64,000 nt of DNA, from assembly GCA_047495785.1 (NCBI GenBank), contig JBLDXI010000013.1, positions 620,001-684,000 of the forward strand, given 5' to 3'. Each line of letters starts with the position of its first letter. The stretch's first letter is position 1. This DNA is from Lepidodermella squamata (Eukaryota > Animalia > Gastrotricha). Below the pieces are notes generated by a model. The model saw only the letters and a program-made list of their open reading frames with translations. It did not search any database and was not told where the DNA came from. Below are positions 1 through 12,486 of this stretch, in pieces. Position numbers and translations under genes: made by a program.

Positions 1-62
1 GTGCAAAACATATGATTCGCCTCAGCTTTCGAGTACTCATCACTTTAGAATCAATTGTTTAG

Positions 63-374
63 AAGTTTGGTCAGTGACCGCGCCGAGTAAGCTTCTCATC
101 GCTGCTGGTATTGACGAAGAATTGGTAATTTATTGTAGCCATAGTCTTCATTTCTTATTTGTATTATTGCATTATTTAGGAGAAAAGGAGAAGCATTCTT
201 GACAAAGATCCTGCTGCTTTGAAGCTGCTGTCCATGGCTGGGCGAGGCCCTTTCAGCGAAGGCTTCCGCCAGGCGATATCAACCCCGAACATTTCTTTCG
301 ACATGAACGCATCACGGAACAGTTACGGCTGTAACTTATCTCGGTCCAACGACAATTGGGATTTTGCTCACTAA
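63..374 (+). CDS. 3' exons of an unidentified gene truncated by the window start
   Basis: Exons ~63-124 and 180-374 joined by a GT..AG intron give ..VWSVTAPSKLLIAAGIDEEL|EKRRSILDKDPAALKLLSMAGRG..WDFAH*; no family recognised. Confidence 0.5.
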
Positions 375-819
375 TTTCTAACTATAGTGCCAGTTTTGTT
401 GGTTGCTGATGTGCTTCCATGCCTTATTCTTAATCATAAACTCTTTCACATCTCTTCCGGCTTCTTTCAAAAACATCGTGCAAATAATTGTCATGCTTTC
501 TCAGGAATTATTTTGTTGTGAAAGAATCTTGACATGCTATCAAAATTAGAGCTATTATAATGAAATCTTCCGAATTTTCTATTTTCATATGGGAATTGCG
601 TGCAAAATTCACCTTTTTGACTTGAAACTCAGAATATACGTAAACCTCAACCGGTCTCGCGATGCCTGACTTCTTATTGTGCTTTATCATTTATCGATAG
701 ATCTTAATATTTTCGAAGCTAAATGCCATTTTTACCCTAAATCAGTGCAAAGTAAAACTGACAGGCTTTCTCTTTAAATCTCAATCAAATTTTTTTATTT
801 ATTTATTAGAGAAATTAAA

Positions 820-3792
820 ATGGACTTTGCATTGTCCAAGCAGGTTTCATTCAGCTCCTTAGCAGCTAAGCTTGACGACTTCAAGAACGCCCGTTCGAAG
901 CAATTCCGGATTGAGCGCTTCACGAAGTTCGTCAGCGAATGGCGAAAGGGTTTGGCTGAACGCCGTCAGTCGCGGGTGCCAATAACCGATGATGACCAGA
1001 TCTTCTGCGTCTTCCGGTTATTGCTCCCTAAGCTGGATTACTCCCGGCCGGCCTATAATTTAGCAGCCAAAAGTCTTCGGAAGCTGATTATGGACGTTTT
1101 AAAGATCCCTGAGACTGTAAGCTTAGCGGTTTTTTCGTTGGTCGTATTTTTACTGTATTCTTATTTAGCACCCTGCCGCAAAAACACTTACGGTCGCTAA
1201 CGATGGCGAGCAGAATGAAGAAATCGTGAATGCTGCCTTGCCGGAGAAAATCGCAGAGGTCGTCGCCAGCATTGTAACCTACCATAAGTCAGACCGGCCG
1301 ATTTCTGTCTTCGAAGTCAATGCCTTTCTGGACAAAATCGTTGCCCTAACGCCCCGGAACGAGTCAGTGAAGGCAGAGTTCTACCATCTGCTTCACAACT
1401 TGCCGCCAAGGGCTGTCTTCTGGCTCGCAGCTATAATGCTGAAGGAGGTCAATTTTGGTTTGCCAGCGCTCGCTGTTCTGGACGTTTACCACCCAGACGC
1501 CAGAACGATGTATCTGCACCAGTGTGACCTCAAAGCTATCTGCGATACTATGGCTGATCGGTCATTGCGATTTTCCTCTGAAGCTCAGCAATGTCGTCCC
1601 ACTCTTTTTTGTCATCCCATGCTGTCTGAACGCTTAAATGTCAACAACGTATGCTAACTAATTGTTGTGTCATGATTTTGTTGAGTGATTTGGAATTCCA
1701 ATAGGCTGTGGAAGTTTTGGCGGGGCATCCTTTCGTTATCGAGACCAAATACGACGGCGAGCGCTTTCAGATCCACAAAAACGGCTCTGTTTTCAAATAT
1801 TTTTCTCGACGGTAAGCGTTTATTGGTGTTATTTCACTATTTCCTTCATTTAATTGTTTTATTAGGGGCTATTCCCAATACACGTCTACTTTTGGTGACT
1901 CGTTTAGCAACGGGACGTTAACACCTGGTCTTCGGGGCGCTTTCGCCGACGATGCCGTTGACCTCATCATCGATTGCGAGATGATGACCTACGACAGCGT
2001 AGAAGACAAGTTCATCCCACTCGCTCGGTCTAAGAAAGATATCAAGAAGGTCCGAAAGGAGCATGACTGGAGCCTAAACAGCGGTAGCGCTGCGCTGATC
2101 GTGTTTGACATTCTTTATGTCAACGGCCAAACAGTGCTGCACATGCCTCTTCAAGAAAGGCTTAAACTCCTTGAGAAGGTTGTCCGTCCTGTGCCTGGCA
2201 AGCTTTTTTTCGGTAAACGAGTCTTCTCGCAAAATCCTCGCGAAGTCGCCGACGCCTTGCTGGCGGCCATCAACCAAGGTGATGAGGGTCTTATCCTCAA
2301 AAAGCTGTCTTCTACTTACCAGCCTGACAAGCGCGAAGGAGGCGGCTGGTTCAAGGTCAAAGCTGATTACTCGGACGAATTAGCTGATACATTGGACCTG
2401 GTCTTGATGGGCGCAGACTACGGCGAGAACAGGACCATCAACGTTCTGTCCAGTTTCTACCTCGGCGTTCGCGAGCCGCTGACGAATGGCGATGTCCGCT
2501 ACCACTGCGTCGGGAAATGCGGAGCTGGTGTGACGCAGGAGATGAGGCAACTTCTCAATCGTAGCTTGTCTCAACTCGGCGTTCGAACTAGGGCTATCCC
2601 GCCACCAGACACTCTCCGCTTCAACACCCATCCCGTGATTTGGATCGACCCCGAGTCTGCTCCCATTTTCCGAGTCCGGGCTGCCGAGATCACCGACTCA
2701 GACCGTGGACGTGAATCTGCGATCGGGCGTACCTTGCGGTTTCCCAGGGTTCGCGACCTTCGTGATCCGTCTGAGAAGGGTCATGAGAACTGCACGACCC
2801 TAACTGAACTTCTCTCCATGAAAGTCGGGCCGATGGGAAAGCAAAACCTGACCGCCGATGAAGTCGCCGATGCTGCTGATGGTTTGCCTTCCAGCAAGCG
2901 CCGCAAGACTGCTGGTCGAGGTCGCGAAAAGCAACTCGCAGTCGGTGCTGTCGATCCAGTTGAACGTCAGCGTTTGGACGAACTTGCCGCCGCTGCCGCC
3001 CAAACGCGGTTGAAAGGCAAGGAAGTCGTCGTCTTTGACGCGCCCCAATCCCGCATGGCCCAGATCCGCGAACACCTGGCGAATTTTGGTGCTAACCCGG
3101 TCAACGCTCCAAAGCGCGGACTCACCTACCTGTTAATTGCTTATAAGGTTGAGTCGGTCAATGTCCAAGTGTATATGAAGGAGCCGCACAATCACTGGGA
3201 CATCATGTCCGGAGAGTGGTTTGACCGATGCTGTCGCGAAGGTCGCGTAATTACGCCGTAAGTTTCAAAATATTCTTAGGCCGAACTGTTAGATACAGTT
3301 TTTTGTTACAGGAGGAGGCTTGCAGATTTTGTGTACGTTACGCCGCTAACCCGGAGGCTTATTGCCGACGCCTATGGCAATTCGCTGTCAGCCGAGCGGT
3401 CGCAAGAAGAACTGAAGTCTGCTGTCGCCAAAATCAGCATGGAGAATCGGCCATTGCCAAGTGACGAACGGGTGATGGACTTCTTTGACACAATCCACCA
3501 TGGTCAGAGCAAATATCACCTGTTCCGCCGAATGGTCGCTTTTTTCGGCAAGCCCAAGGGCCGATTTTACTCCGACAGCCAGTTCCTCTTTGTGCTTTAC
3601 GGTGGCCGCGTCGCCAACAGTGCAGATGAGCCCGGGTTGACCCACTTCATCATCGACGATAGGCACCTCGATGGCGTTGACTGGTCGGTGGTGGCGCTTT
3701 CGAAGCGTGCCCATCTAGTCACACCGACCTGGGTCTCTGAAAGTGTGGCGTCCAACAACCTGCTGGAGGATCGATTCTTTCGTCCGACCTAG
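820..3792 (+). CDS. LIG4: DNA ligase IV (5 exons)
   Basis: N-terminal [17 protein letters not shown]; spliced exon 1705-1811 gives [14 protein letters not shown] (motif I); [34 protein letters not shown] and TLRFPRV motifs; two C-terminal BRCT-like repeats. Confidence 0.95.
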
Positions 3793-4073
3793 CTGTTGTC
3801 ATATCTTTTGCATCGAAACGCGATAACTGCCATTTGCAGTTCCTGTCTTGCGTTTTTAAGCGGATTACATTCGAAATTCAACTGGCGGAGACGATTCACT
3901 GCTATTTCAACTGCTTTTTAACATGTGATCGATGTTATTTGCACATCGCCATTCCACGTCGATTTTTTTGCTTTTCTACTTCTGGTCAAACACTATTTGC
4001 TGATTTTTACTAAACGGAGTTATCTTTATAACCTGCCTTGTTTTTCTAGATCTGCTAATGTTATAGTGATACC

Positions 4074-5160
4074 ATGTCATTGGCTGCGCCGAAATTGATA
4101 GCCGAGGCAGAGCAATGCATAAAAAATGCGGAAAAATTGTTTGTTGATTGTTCAATTTCCGACAATCATTGTAAGTCTGTTTTTCATTCAGTATTAAAAC
4201 TTCGTTGACAAAATGGACGGCTGATTACGACGGAGCCGCTTCCGAATACCAGAGAGCTGCCTTAAATTATCGAAATGCCAAACAGCTTGAGAAAGCAAAA
4301 GAAGTTTACTGCAAGGCGGCTGATTGCTACCTCAAGTGCAACACTCCGTTCCACGCCGCCAAGTAAGCAAATTTGTTGATAATCAGTCAATTGCTCATTT
4401 TTCTCGTTTGTACAGGCAATATGAGCAGGCTGGATTTTGTTTGCGAGATGCAGGCAAACTCGAAGAAGGGGCCGATATGGTTAGCAAGGCTGCGAGCTAT
4501 TTCCAACAGTCGGGCGATCTCGACACAGCAACTTTGGTTTTAGCAAAAGCTGCCAAAATTATCGAAGAAACGAAGCCAGATCAGGCAGTTCAAATTTATA
4601 AGAAAGCGGCTGACTTGGCCGAAATTGAGGACAAGTACACTTTGGCCGCTGATCATATGGCTAAAGCCGCCAGCTTGGAAATCCGTCGGCGGAAACTTAT
4701 TGATGCCAGGCAGTCATATCAAAAGCAGCTGGAATATTGCGTGAAGGCTGGCGGAAGTGGTGGGTCAGCTTCGACGCCCGCTCGAGTTGTGTTATCATTG
4801 GTCGTTGTCAACGTTGCGGCCGGCGATTTGGTCGCCGCTCGCAAGGACCTGGATCTAGCAGTCGGCGTTAATAATTTCACGTCGACTGAGGAGTGCTGTT
4901 TAGCCACCAATTTAATTGACTCGCTCGAGCGAGGCGACTCGAAAACTGCGGTGCAAGTCCTGCGAAATCCGATTTTCAAATTTATGGACAACGAAATTGC
5001 CAAATTAGCACAAGAAATGCTCAGCACTAGGAAGGAGCAAGCAACTGCCGAGGAACTTGTAGCAGCATCGGCAAAAGCAGCCGCTAAAGCAGAAATCGGT
5101 GCTGACGAGGAAGCTGGTCCAGCTGAGGCTGAATCGCAGGATCTCTCATTCCTTCAGTAA
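4074..5160 (+). CDS. NAPG: Gamma-soluble NSF attachment protein (3 exons)
   Basis: Spliced translation AEK..KTSLTKWTADYDGAASEY..FHAAK|QYEQAG..FKFMDNEIAKLA with an acidic tail. Confidence 0.92.
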
Positions 5161-5626
5161 CTGGCGCAGATGGAACTTTATAATGATAATTGCAATTCGA
5201 AACTTCTTGTAATGAATGTCGCAATATTGTTTGCCTGATCGCATGCACCTTGATTACATGGTGATGTCATGTCTTCGTTTTTGTTCTAATTTTGTCTGTG
5301 ATTTCCGCCTTCTGATGAGAGCATTCGTATTAGCATATTCACGTATGCATTTATTTACACGAAACGAGCTTGGTGGGCTATCCAATTAATGTGGCATCGT
5401 GGTAGAAAACCTCATGTTTACAGTTGTTTCCACATAATTTCTTATTTCCATGTCATGCGGCCAGGGTCAACTAGATATGATATGCGCTTTTAAATAAAAG
5501 AGAGCTTTTATCGACACCTTTTCCAGTGTTTTATTTACATGATAGCAAATATGAAATACAAGTTGAGTTGAAATTGACGGGAAAACTTTAACGACGAGAG
5601 AATGCTATTCGATAGCCTTGTAGATG

Positions 5627-6474
5627 TCACGGGTGTGAGCGAGGTTTTTTGTTTTCTTCTACCCAAGTGTTGAACACTTCTCGGCAGAAATTGACGACAC
5701 ATTGAGGACCTGGTTATAGAATAGCAATGTAACGAGTAATTGTTGCACTTGGAAAATTTACCACAAAAATCTCGATCCCAGAGTTTGTTATCGACGGCGG
5801 GCTTTGAGCACCCGAATCCACGACACGTCCTAGCGGGTATAGCCTGTATGACAAAAAAACTGTGAGAAAAAAATAAGACGGCTGAATAACTTACAGATCT
5901 ACTCCCTGCGTTTGTTTCAATATTCGCAAGAGAACTGATATCGATAAACGAGATTAGAACAATAAAACACATCATAAACACGGTTACCGATCATATTCTT
6001 CTTTTAGCCGACTGTTTTCGTCAATATATCGCTGCTTGCCTGCGGAATCCATGCTTTCCCAATTTTGCATTGCAAGCTTTTGCAGCTCAGCCATTGTCAC
6101 AGAGGGTTTGTTTGCTTTCAGAATCTTCTCATAGTCGCGGAAAAATAAGCAGAACGCAGACGGTGGCCTTAAAATATAAGTTTTATAAACATCGACAACT
6201 AACATCATGATACGCACCTGGACAGTTTCGGCTTCCTGTCTTCGGCCTCTGATTTGTAGAGTGAAACATTAGACGCGTTTTTCGCAGCTGCTCTAACGTT
6301 GCTGAGAGGCTCGTTGTAATCTTCATCACTGCTGAACTGCTCACCCGAATTTATTGCGCCCGGGTGGGAGGAATCCATAGGTCTGCGAACCGAAGTAGCA
6401 GGTTTGGCGTTGCAGTTTTCTACCACTAAAATGTCATCACCATCTTCCAATCTTAATTTAAATACTCGCTGCAT
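5627..6474 (-). CDS. TOX/TOX4-like HMG-box protein (5 coding exons)
   Basis: HMG box RPPSAFCLFFRD..WESMDSAGKQRY; spliced C-terminus CRGFGCSKPAVDNKLWDRDFCGPQCVVNFCREVFNTWV matches the TOX4-type Cys motif. Confidence 0.8.
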
Positions 6475-6585
6475 TACATCTCTCTATGTGCCTATAAAAA
6501 GATACGGAGCTCAGTATAGATGAATAAAAATAATAATAATGAGACGAATAATAAGGAATAAGGATACATTAACGTTATGATTACA

Positions 6586-6660
6586 TACCGTCAACTGGGG
6601 TGACTTTGGGCATCGGGGTCACTTCGACGTACCAAAATGGGGTGACTTTGGCGTACCAAA
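6586..6660. mobile_element. Solo left end of a pogo/Tc1-mariner-type element
   Basis: TA|CCGTCAACTGGGGTGACTTTG with repeated GGGGT(G/C)ACTT subterminal motifs, similar to the TIR at 12879; no partner TIR seen. Confidence 0.55.
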
Positions 6661-6824
6661 AATCAAAGATGGTAAGGTAAAGAGTTCTCATTTTATTTTT
6701 TTCAAGGTTTCACTTCACACGTTGTATCGTACAAACTATACCTAATCCTTGATGCTTTATAAACCTTATTATAAACATTCATGGGGTTTCATTGTTTCAA
6801 GCAATCAATTATATAAAAGCGTGA

Positions 6825-6991
6825 ACTGGAGACCTCGCTCCTCGGCCTAATTGGCATGATCAAAAGTGTAGATTACTGCTACGATGCATTTACAAGTTTG
6901 TAGCCTGACTGCATATTATAACGGTTTTTCTACGCTACTAGATACTACACTTTTGATCATGCCAATTAGGCCGAGGAGCGAGGTCTCCAGT
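6825..6991. mobile_element. Foldback/MITE-like element with ~47-bp inverted arms
   Basis: ACTGGAGACCTCGCTCCTCGGCCTAATTGGCATGATCAAAAGTGTAG at 6825 and its reverse complement ending at 6991; a third arm copy at ~7050-7097. Confidence 0.8.
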
Positions 6992-7327
6992 GGCGAAAAA
7001 TCTTAAGCGGCAAATACTAAGGGATACTAACTGATTGGGATATTGCACGGGAGACCTCGCTCCTCGGCCTAATTGGCATGATCAAAAATGTAGTATCATG
7101 GAACGCTTCAATAAAAGCAGCGAAATTTGTTTCAAGTAAGTTTGATGTTTCAAGTACTTCTCGATCTATCAAGAGGGTACTTGACATATCATGCAGTACT
7201 TGATCAATCGAATACTACTCGATAGATTAAAGCCTACTTGATAGTTCAAATACTATTTCTTCGATATCATTAGTTATATAGCTCAAGATCTACCTCATCG
7301 AAGAAACCTCATCGAAAACACGGAAAT

Positions 7328-7710
7328 GGGTTTCACTTTGAAACCCTCAAATGTTTCTTATATAGCGAGCAAGGTAGTATCAAAGTGAAACCCTCAAATG
7401 TTTCTTATAAATACTATATAGCGAGCAAGGTAGTATCAAAGTGAAACCCTCAAATGTTTCTTATATAGCGAGCAAGGTGGTTTCACTTTGAAACCCTCAA
7501 ATGTTTCTTATAAATACTATATAGCGAGCAAGGTGGTTTCACTTTGAAACCCTCAAATGTTTCTTATAAATACTATATAGCGAGCAAGGTGGTTTCACTT
7601 TGAAACCCTCAAATTTTTCTTACGTTTCTTATATAGCGAGCAAGGTAGTATCAAAGTGAAACCCTCAAATGTTTCTTATATAGCGAGCAAGGTGGTTTGA
7701 AACCCTGAAC
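7328..7710. repeat. Minisatellite, ~42-54-bp units, about 8 copies
   Basis: Repeated GAAACCCTCAAATGTTTCTTATA..TATAGCGAGCAAGGT. Confidence 0.9.
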
Positions 7711-8291
7711 CTTTCAAGTAATAAATTATCATTATAATCAACATCATGAATTTGAAACCTGAACATTTTTAAAATTTTATCCAGGGGACTGGCGAATACC
7801 CCGCGAGTGGGAATCTAAAATATTTGACGCCAGCGCAACTACCCTAGCCTCAACTGCCGTCAGGCTAAAACGGAATGACAATCACTCACAGAGACTATTT
7901 CCTGAAGATAAAGAAGCAAAGAGCAAACCCATTCATGTACTAGTCGACATCTATTGATATTTAGTAGCCGATTACACTGTTTAGATAAATGCTCCAAATA
8001 GCATTTTAGAGGACTTTCCTTTCCCTTTACAACACCCATACGTTCGTATGAGGAAGTGCGGCGGTTGATTCGTAGATTCGTTCCGCAGTGTCGCCGATAA
8101 ATCAAAAGAGTCAAAAAAGATAGTAGATGCAAATCGGGAGTCAGAAGCAGTGGAAGTCCTCAATGCGCATGCACATCAGAGCTTGACTTGCTATGGATGG
8201 AAGGATGGATTCGTTGCCAAATCGACAGTCGTCCGACAGCTTTTGGGGGCTCTTCAAAAGCTCTTCAAAGTCAGGATCAGGAATTACGATT

Positions 8292-8385
8292 TCTCCTCGC
8301 CCTGACGGACTCAAGCTTTCGCCATAAGGCGGAGCTTGTGAGAAAATCGCGAGCTTACGCTCTAGGAAAGTTTGAACTGGTTTAC
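8292..8385. repeat. Dispersed repeat, copy 1
   Basis: TCTCCTCGCCCTGACGGACTCAAGCTTTCGCCATAAGGCGGAGCT.. nearly identical to the sequence at 22770. Confidence 0.8.
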
Positions 8386-10583
8386 TAACTACTTAATCGA
8401 AATCCCTACCCCTGGTACTCCAGTTATTGCTGACTGTTTCTCCAGGGCCCAGGCATTAGTGCCCAGGTGGCTTTTCCACTCACTCAGCGAAAACGAAAAA
8501 CGAAAAACTCAGCGAAGCCTACAAACGCCGTCGTAGCAAGAAAGCTACCAAAACTTGAAAAAAGCCCAGGTTTATTTAATGCCCCAGTGTTAATAGATAT
8601 AAAAGTATTGTTCATATTTAGTAGAATTTTTGACGCATGTAATTCATAATTTTGTGATAAAGACCTTCACCGAAAAATGACTATTGAACGGCGATCGAGA
8701 TGGGACCCAAAACTAGTTTTTACGTCTCAGACTACGTCAGCAGGGATGTTCCTTTTGAAGTTATTGATCGAAACTCAGTGGCCTCTATAAGTTATTTATT
8801 GTAGTTTTGTTCGCTGCTGGTAGTTCAGAAAGTTTACACTACAGTGAAGCCTTTTATTTCTACCTATTTCTATTTCATTGTTTTGTATCTAAAGACTCAA
8901 GACTCGCGTAAAACATCACTGACGTGTGATTCGAGGTCTTCACATCAACCTGATGCTTTTTTTTTGAGCTCATCAGCCCATCGATGCTAATGGTTTGAAC
9001 GTCATTTGTTTCTGCCATGAAATGTCTACGAGTGTTCCACTCAAACGATGCCTCATCAAACCATCGGCTTAGTTGAACGTAAATTTTTTACCTGGTTGTC
9101 TGCATATCTCGGACGTTGGTGAAAAGAAGCTGCTGGCTGAATTATATTCGACAACAACTGCTGAAAGTTCTTCAAAACTGACAGCCTCATCTTACGCTCA
9201 GCTTATTAGTGAAATCCACCCCGACGGAGGCAGGTGCATGAAACATGAAATAAATTCCACTAGGGTGGAACGCAATGGGGTACACGCGCATCGTGCTCTC
9301 TTGCTCCCTCCGCCCACTTAGTAATGATGATCGTTCATGGAGGATTGAGGAACACCTATTAAATTCCTCCTTGTGATCGTTACTTATGCGTGGATTGCTA
9401 ACTTACCCTGGACTGCTGATTGCTAAACAGCGCATCACCTGAAGCCCCAGCCAAACTTACTTTTCAAGCGCAAGGCGTGTAGTCAGACTTGCCTATATTC
9501 TGAATCAAAGCAGTCCTTCATCAATTCGTTATCGGTTTTCTAATCGTATCTCGGAAGTTATTTTTGTATCGTGCAGTGTCACTCTTGCCCCGACACCGAA
9601 TCATTGGCAGCCCTCCTGCCGATTGCTAATTTCGCGGCAGAGTCAAACGTCGTTTAATATATCAAAGCTGCTAACGAATTCGAATGGAAAGATCCATGCC
9701 AATATTTTACTGTCCGTTTTAAATGCATATCACCGGCGACTAGATGGCAGTCATATAAATCTCGGCTTATCCTTATCGGCACCTTCGTTTTAGATCACGA
9801 GCACAGTATCAAGTACAACATCTCACTGGAAACCAAATTGTATACCCCTGTTATGCTGAAATGTGAAATTATATTCAAACAGACCCGTTCATTCTGAAAT
9901 TTTTGAATGAACATCGCGACTTTGCGCTGACAATCCACCGCCCCACAATAGTAACTGTTAATTGTGCAGACCCCCGAATAGGATAAATTGCAGTTTCTTG
10001 TTTCTCATTTGTATTAATTCTCTTTGATGATGCCTACCGAAAAACCTGTAATACTATTTAAGTAAAGTGAGAGTTGTTCATACTTTAGAATCGAGTCACC
10101 GATGGTCTGGTTTAGTCAACTTTCGCGGTCTGACGCATATCTATGAATGCTCTTCGGAAGTCCTCAATTAACAGAATTTTTCGATTCTGCGGTCAAGTCG
10201 TCTTTGTCAACACAAGGTAACGTGAGTTATCTGAGCGTGTCTATCTACACACATGTGATGAGAGACCATCTTGCTGCGAATCCGAATGCTGATGAGAGAA
10301 ATGTCATCGTTTGGTGATGATTCGCTGACGAAGCTTCATTCATCTTCATTACATGATTATTTTATAGATATGTCACGTTGTCCATTAGAATTCTTAATAC
10401 TTATTGCCTCTTTCCTCTCAAGTCATTCCTTGGCTGCAGTAATGATCATGCATATCAGATAAACCTCTAGAGCAAAAATCGCATCACTGCAGTCGAAGCG
10501 CTATTTGAGATGCTTTCTTACGCGAGCACGTTATTAAGAAGCTGTTGACTTTGTTTTTAGGATTTTCATTGAGTTTTTCGATC

Positions 10584-10982
10584 ATGTCGTCGCCAGCTAT
10601 GATGGCTGCCAGACCTGCTGGTCAAACGTTTAAGGACTGGCTGAAGAAAACCATTTTCTATGCTAATGGTTACCACAAGTATGGCCTGAAATCCAATGAC
10701 ATCGTCTACGTGACTCCCGAGGTCCGCGAAGCTCTCAAGCGCCTGCCGAAGAAAGAATACGATGAGCGATACTATCGCATGGCTCGTGCTATCAATGTAA
10801 CCGACAATTTTCACAGTAACCAATTTTTGAAATGTGTTAATTATCCACAGATTCATTTGCACGGCAAAATTCTTCCCCAGAACGAATGGATCAAGTACGA
10901 GGAAGACCACAAGTACCTTCAACCGTATCTGGACATGGTCAAACGCGAAAAAGCTGACAAGAAGCTCTTCAACCAGAGCTAA
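10584..10982 (+). CDS. UQCRB: Cytochrome b-c1 complex subunit 7 (in-frame 54-nt intron 10797-10850)
   Basis: GYHKYGL..VREALKRLP..YDERYYRMARA..ILPQNEWIKYEED..YLQPYL. Confidence 0.95.
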   Translation: MSSPAMMAARPAGQTFKDWLKKTIFYANGYHKYGLKSNDIVYVTPEVREALKRLPKKEYDERYYRMARAINVTDNFHSNQFLKCVNYPQIHLHGKILPQNEWIKYEEDHKYLQPYLDMVKREKADKKLFNQS

Positions 10983-11870
10983 GCTAGGCTACGGAAAATA
11001 AAAACTGTACATAAGCCCCCAATCTTACAATTCTCTTGCAGTTTGCTAGCCAAATACACGGCTAGATTTATCTTAGAATCGGAAAAATTGGTATTGTTGT
11101 ATGAGCGCTGGAACCTTCTCTGAAACCCGTAATTCGCCATGCATTGAAAATCTTAGATATTTAATAAAGCCGATTGCGAATAGACTTCATATGCATTTTA
11201 TTCTCAATTTGAAATACAGTTGTACTCGGGAAGAACTATTGTTAAAAAACAGAGTAAGCACACAACTCATCGTGCCCATAGCGAAGTGAAGCCACTCTTC
11301 TCACGGTCATGTCTCGCCCATCCATCTGATGCTGACTTCACTCGAATATAATGATAGGCCAGTTGATTTATAGGTCCTACGTTAGTCGGAATCACAACTG
11401 GTGTGAGACGGAGTTGCATGTCTTGGGCACCGGATGTTTCCGATGTGTCAAGTACAGGTGTTGTCGTGGTGGGTACAGTCAAATGTGTTGAATTTGTCAA
11501 TTTGTCAATTTGTTGACGCAGTTTTGCATGAGCTGAAGCACTTTTCTTCATTTTAGAGAAGGCACTGGCAAGTTCTGAATTCGAGGTGAAGTGCGTACTC
11601 GAGGTTCTGAAATATGAAACAATAAAGAATTACTGAACCGAAACTTTTAGTTTAAGAGGAGGAAATGAAACCATGCGCTTCTCGAGGCTTCAGCACAGCA
11701 TCCAGGAAAAATTAAATGGCTTAAAATTATCAACCAGTGTGATCAGAAAAGAAAACACGCTGTCTAGCCTTTCACCTAGTGGTATTTGAACAGTGGAAAT
11801 GGCAATTGATGCCATTTTGCCGCAGGGGTTTGAAAATGTGACTAGTAACAAGCTGGGAGCAATCACGAAG

Positions 11871-12486
11871 TCACTTCAAAGCGCTAAAATAGTAGGATGC
11901 ATGCGTTAAATGCGTTAATGCGTAATCTTTTGACGTAAGCTATGTGCACCATCGCTCACCGGTCTCCTCGAGAAGTGTTAAGCCGCGAAAATCCGGAGGT
12001 AGCTGTAGCCGAGGTGTTCGGGCGATTGCCTTCGCGGCTGCCAAAAGCACTCGAAATTCGCGATTCACCGCTCATTTTCGCTGCCAGCCATTCTTCAAAT
12101 GTCTTTTTACCTTCCTTCTTGTTTCCTACGGGCGCAATCCCATTTTCACTGTCAGGTCAGATATATTCATATTTTTAGTTACGAAGGTATGCTTCGGAGT
12201 ATCGAGCGAGTTCAACATAATTTAGTTGGGAATTTTCTATGCTTTTAATTGAGTTTATTCAGCGATTTCAAAAAATCATGTTGATCATAATCATGGGCAT
12301 CATTCTGGAGCATTTCGTGCTGAGCCCCTTCAAATGGCGCAATGGTAGGAAACTACTAAAGTAAAAAACTACAAAGGGATAAGGGAACTTACTATGCAAA
12401 AGCTGGACTCTTTCCAACAGGGCCTTTTCGACTGCTGAGCTTTGATCCGATGGCGGAAGCGAAATTTGTAGCGTTGGTGACAGAAG
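11871..12486 (-). CDS. Probable coding exons, either the 3' part of the ANKRD60-like gene or a separate gene
   Basis: Open frames bounded by AG/GT sites (SVTNATNFASAIGSKLSSRKG; ENGIAPVGNKKEGKKTFEEWLAAKM..); I could not build a complete model. Confidence 0.3.

Noticed and set aside
820-3792. LIG4 split over several frames, suggesting frameshifts or a pseudogene
   Set aside because: Every break is explained by a ~52-55-nt canonical intron
7328-7710. CRISPR-like array
   Set aside because: No unique spacers and a eukaryotic context; it is a minisatellite
11267-11608. Minus-strand 94-aa ORF preceded by an acceptor
   Set aside because: Possibly a terminal exon, but I could not link it to a start exon or a family, so it is not called
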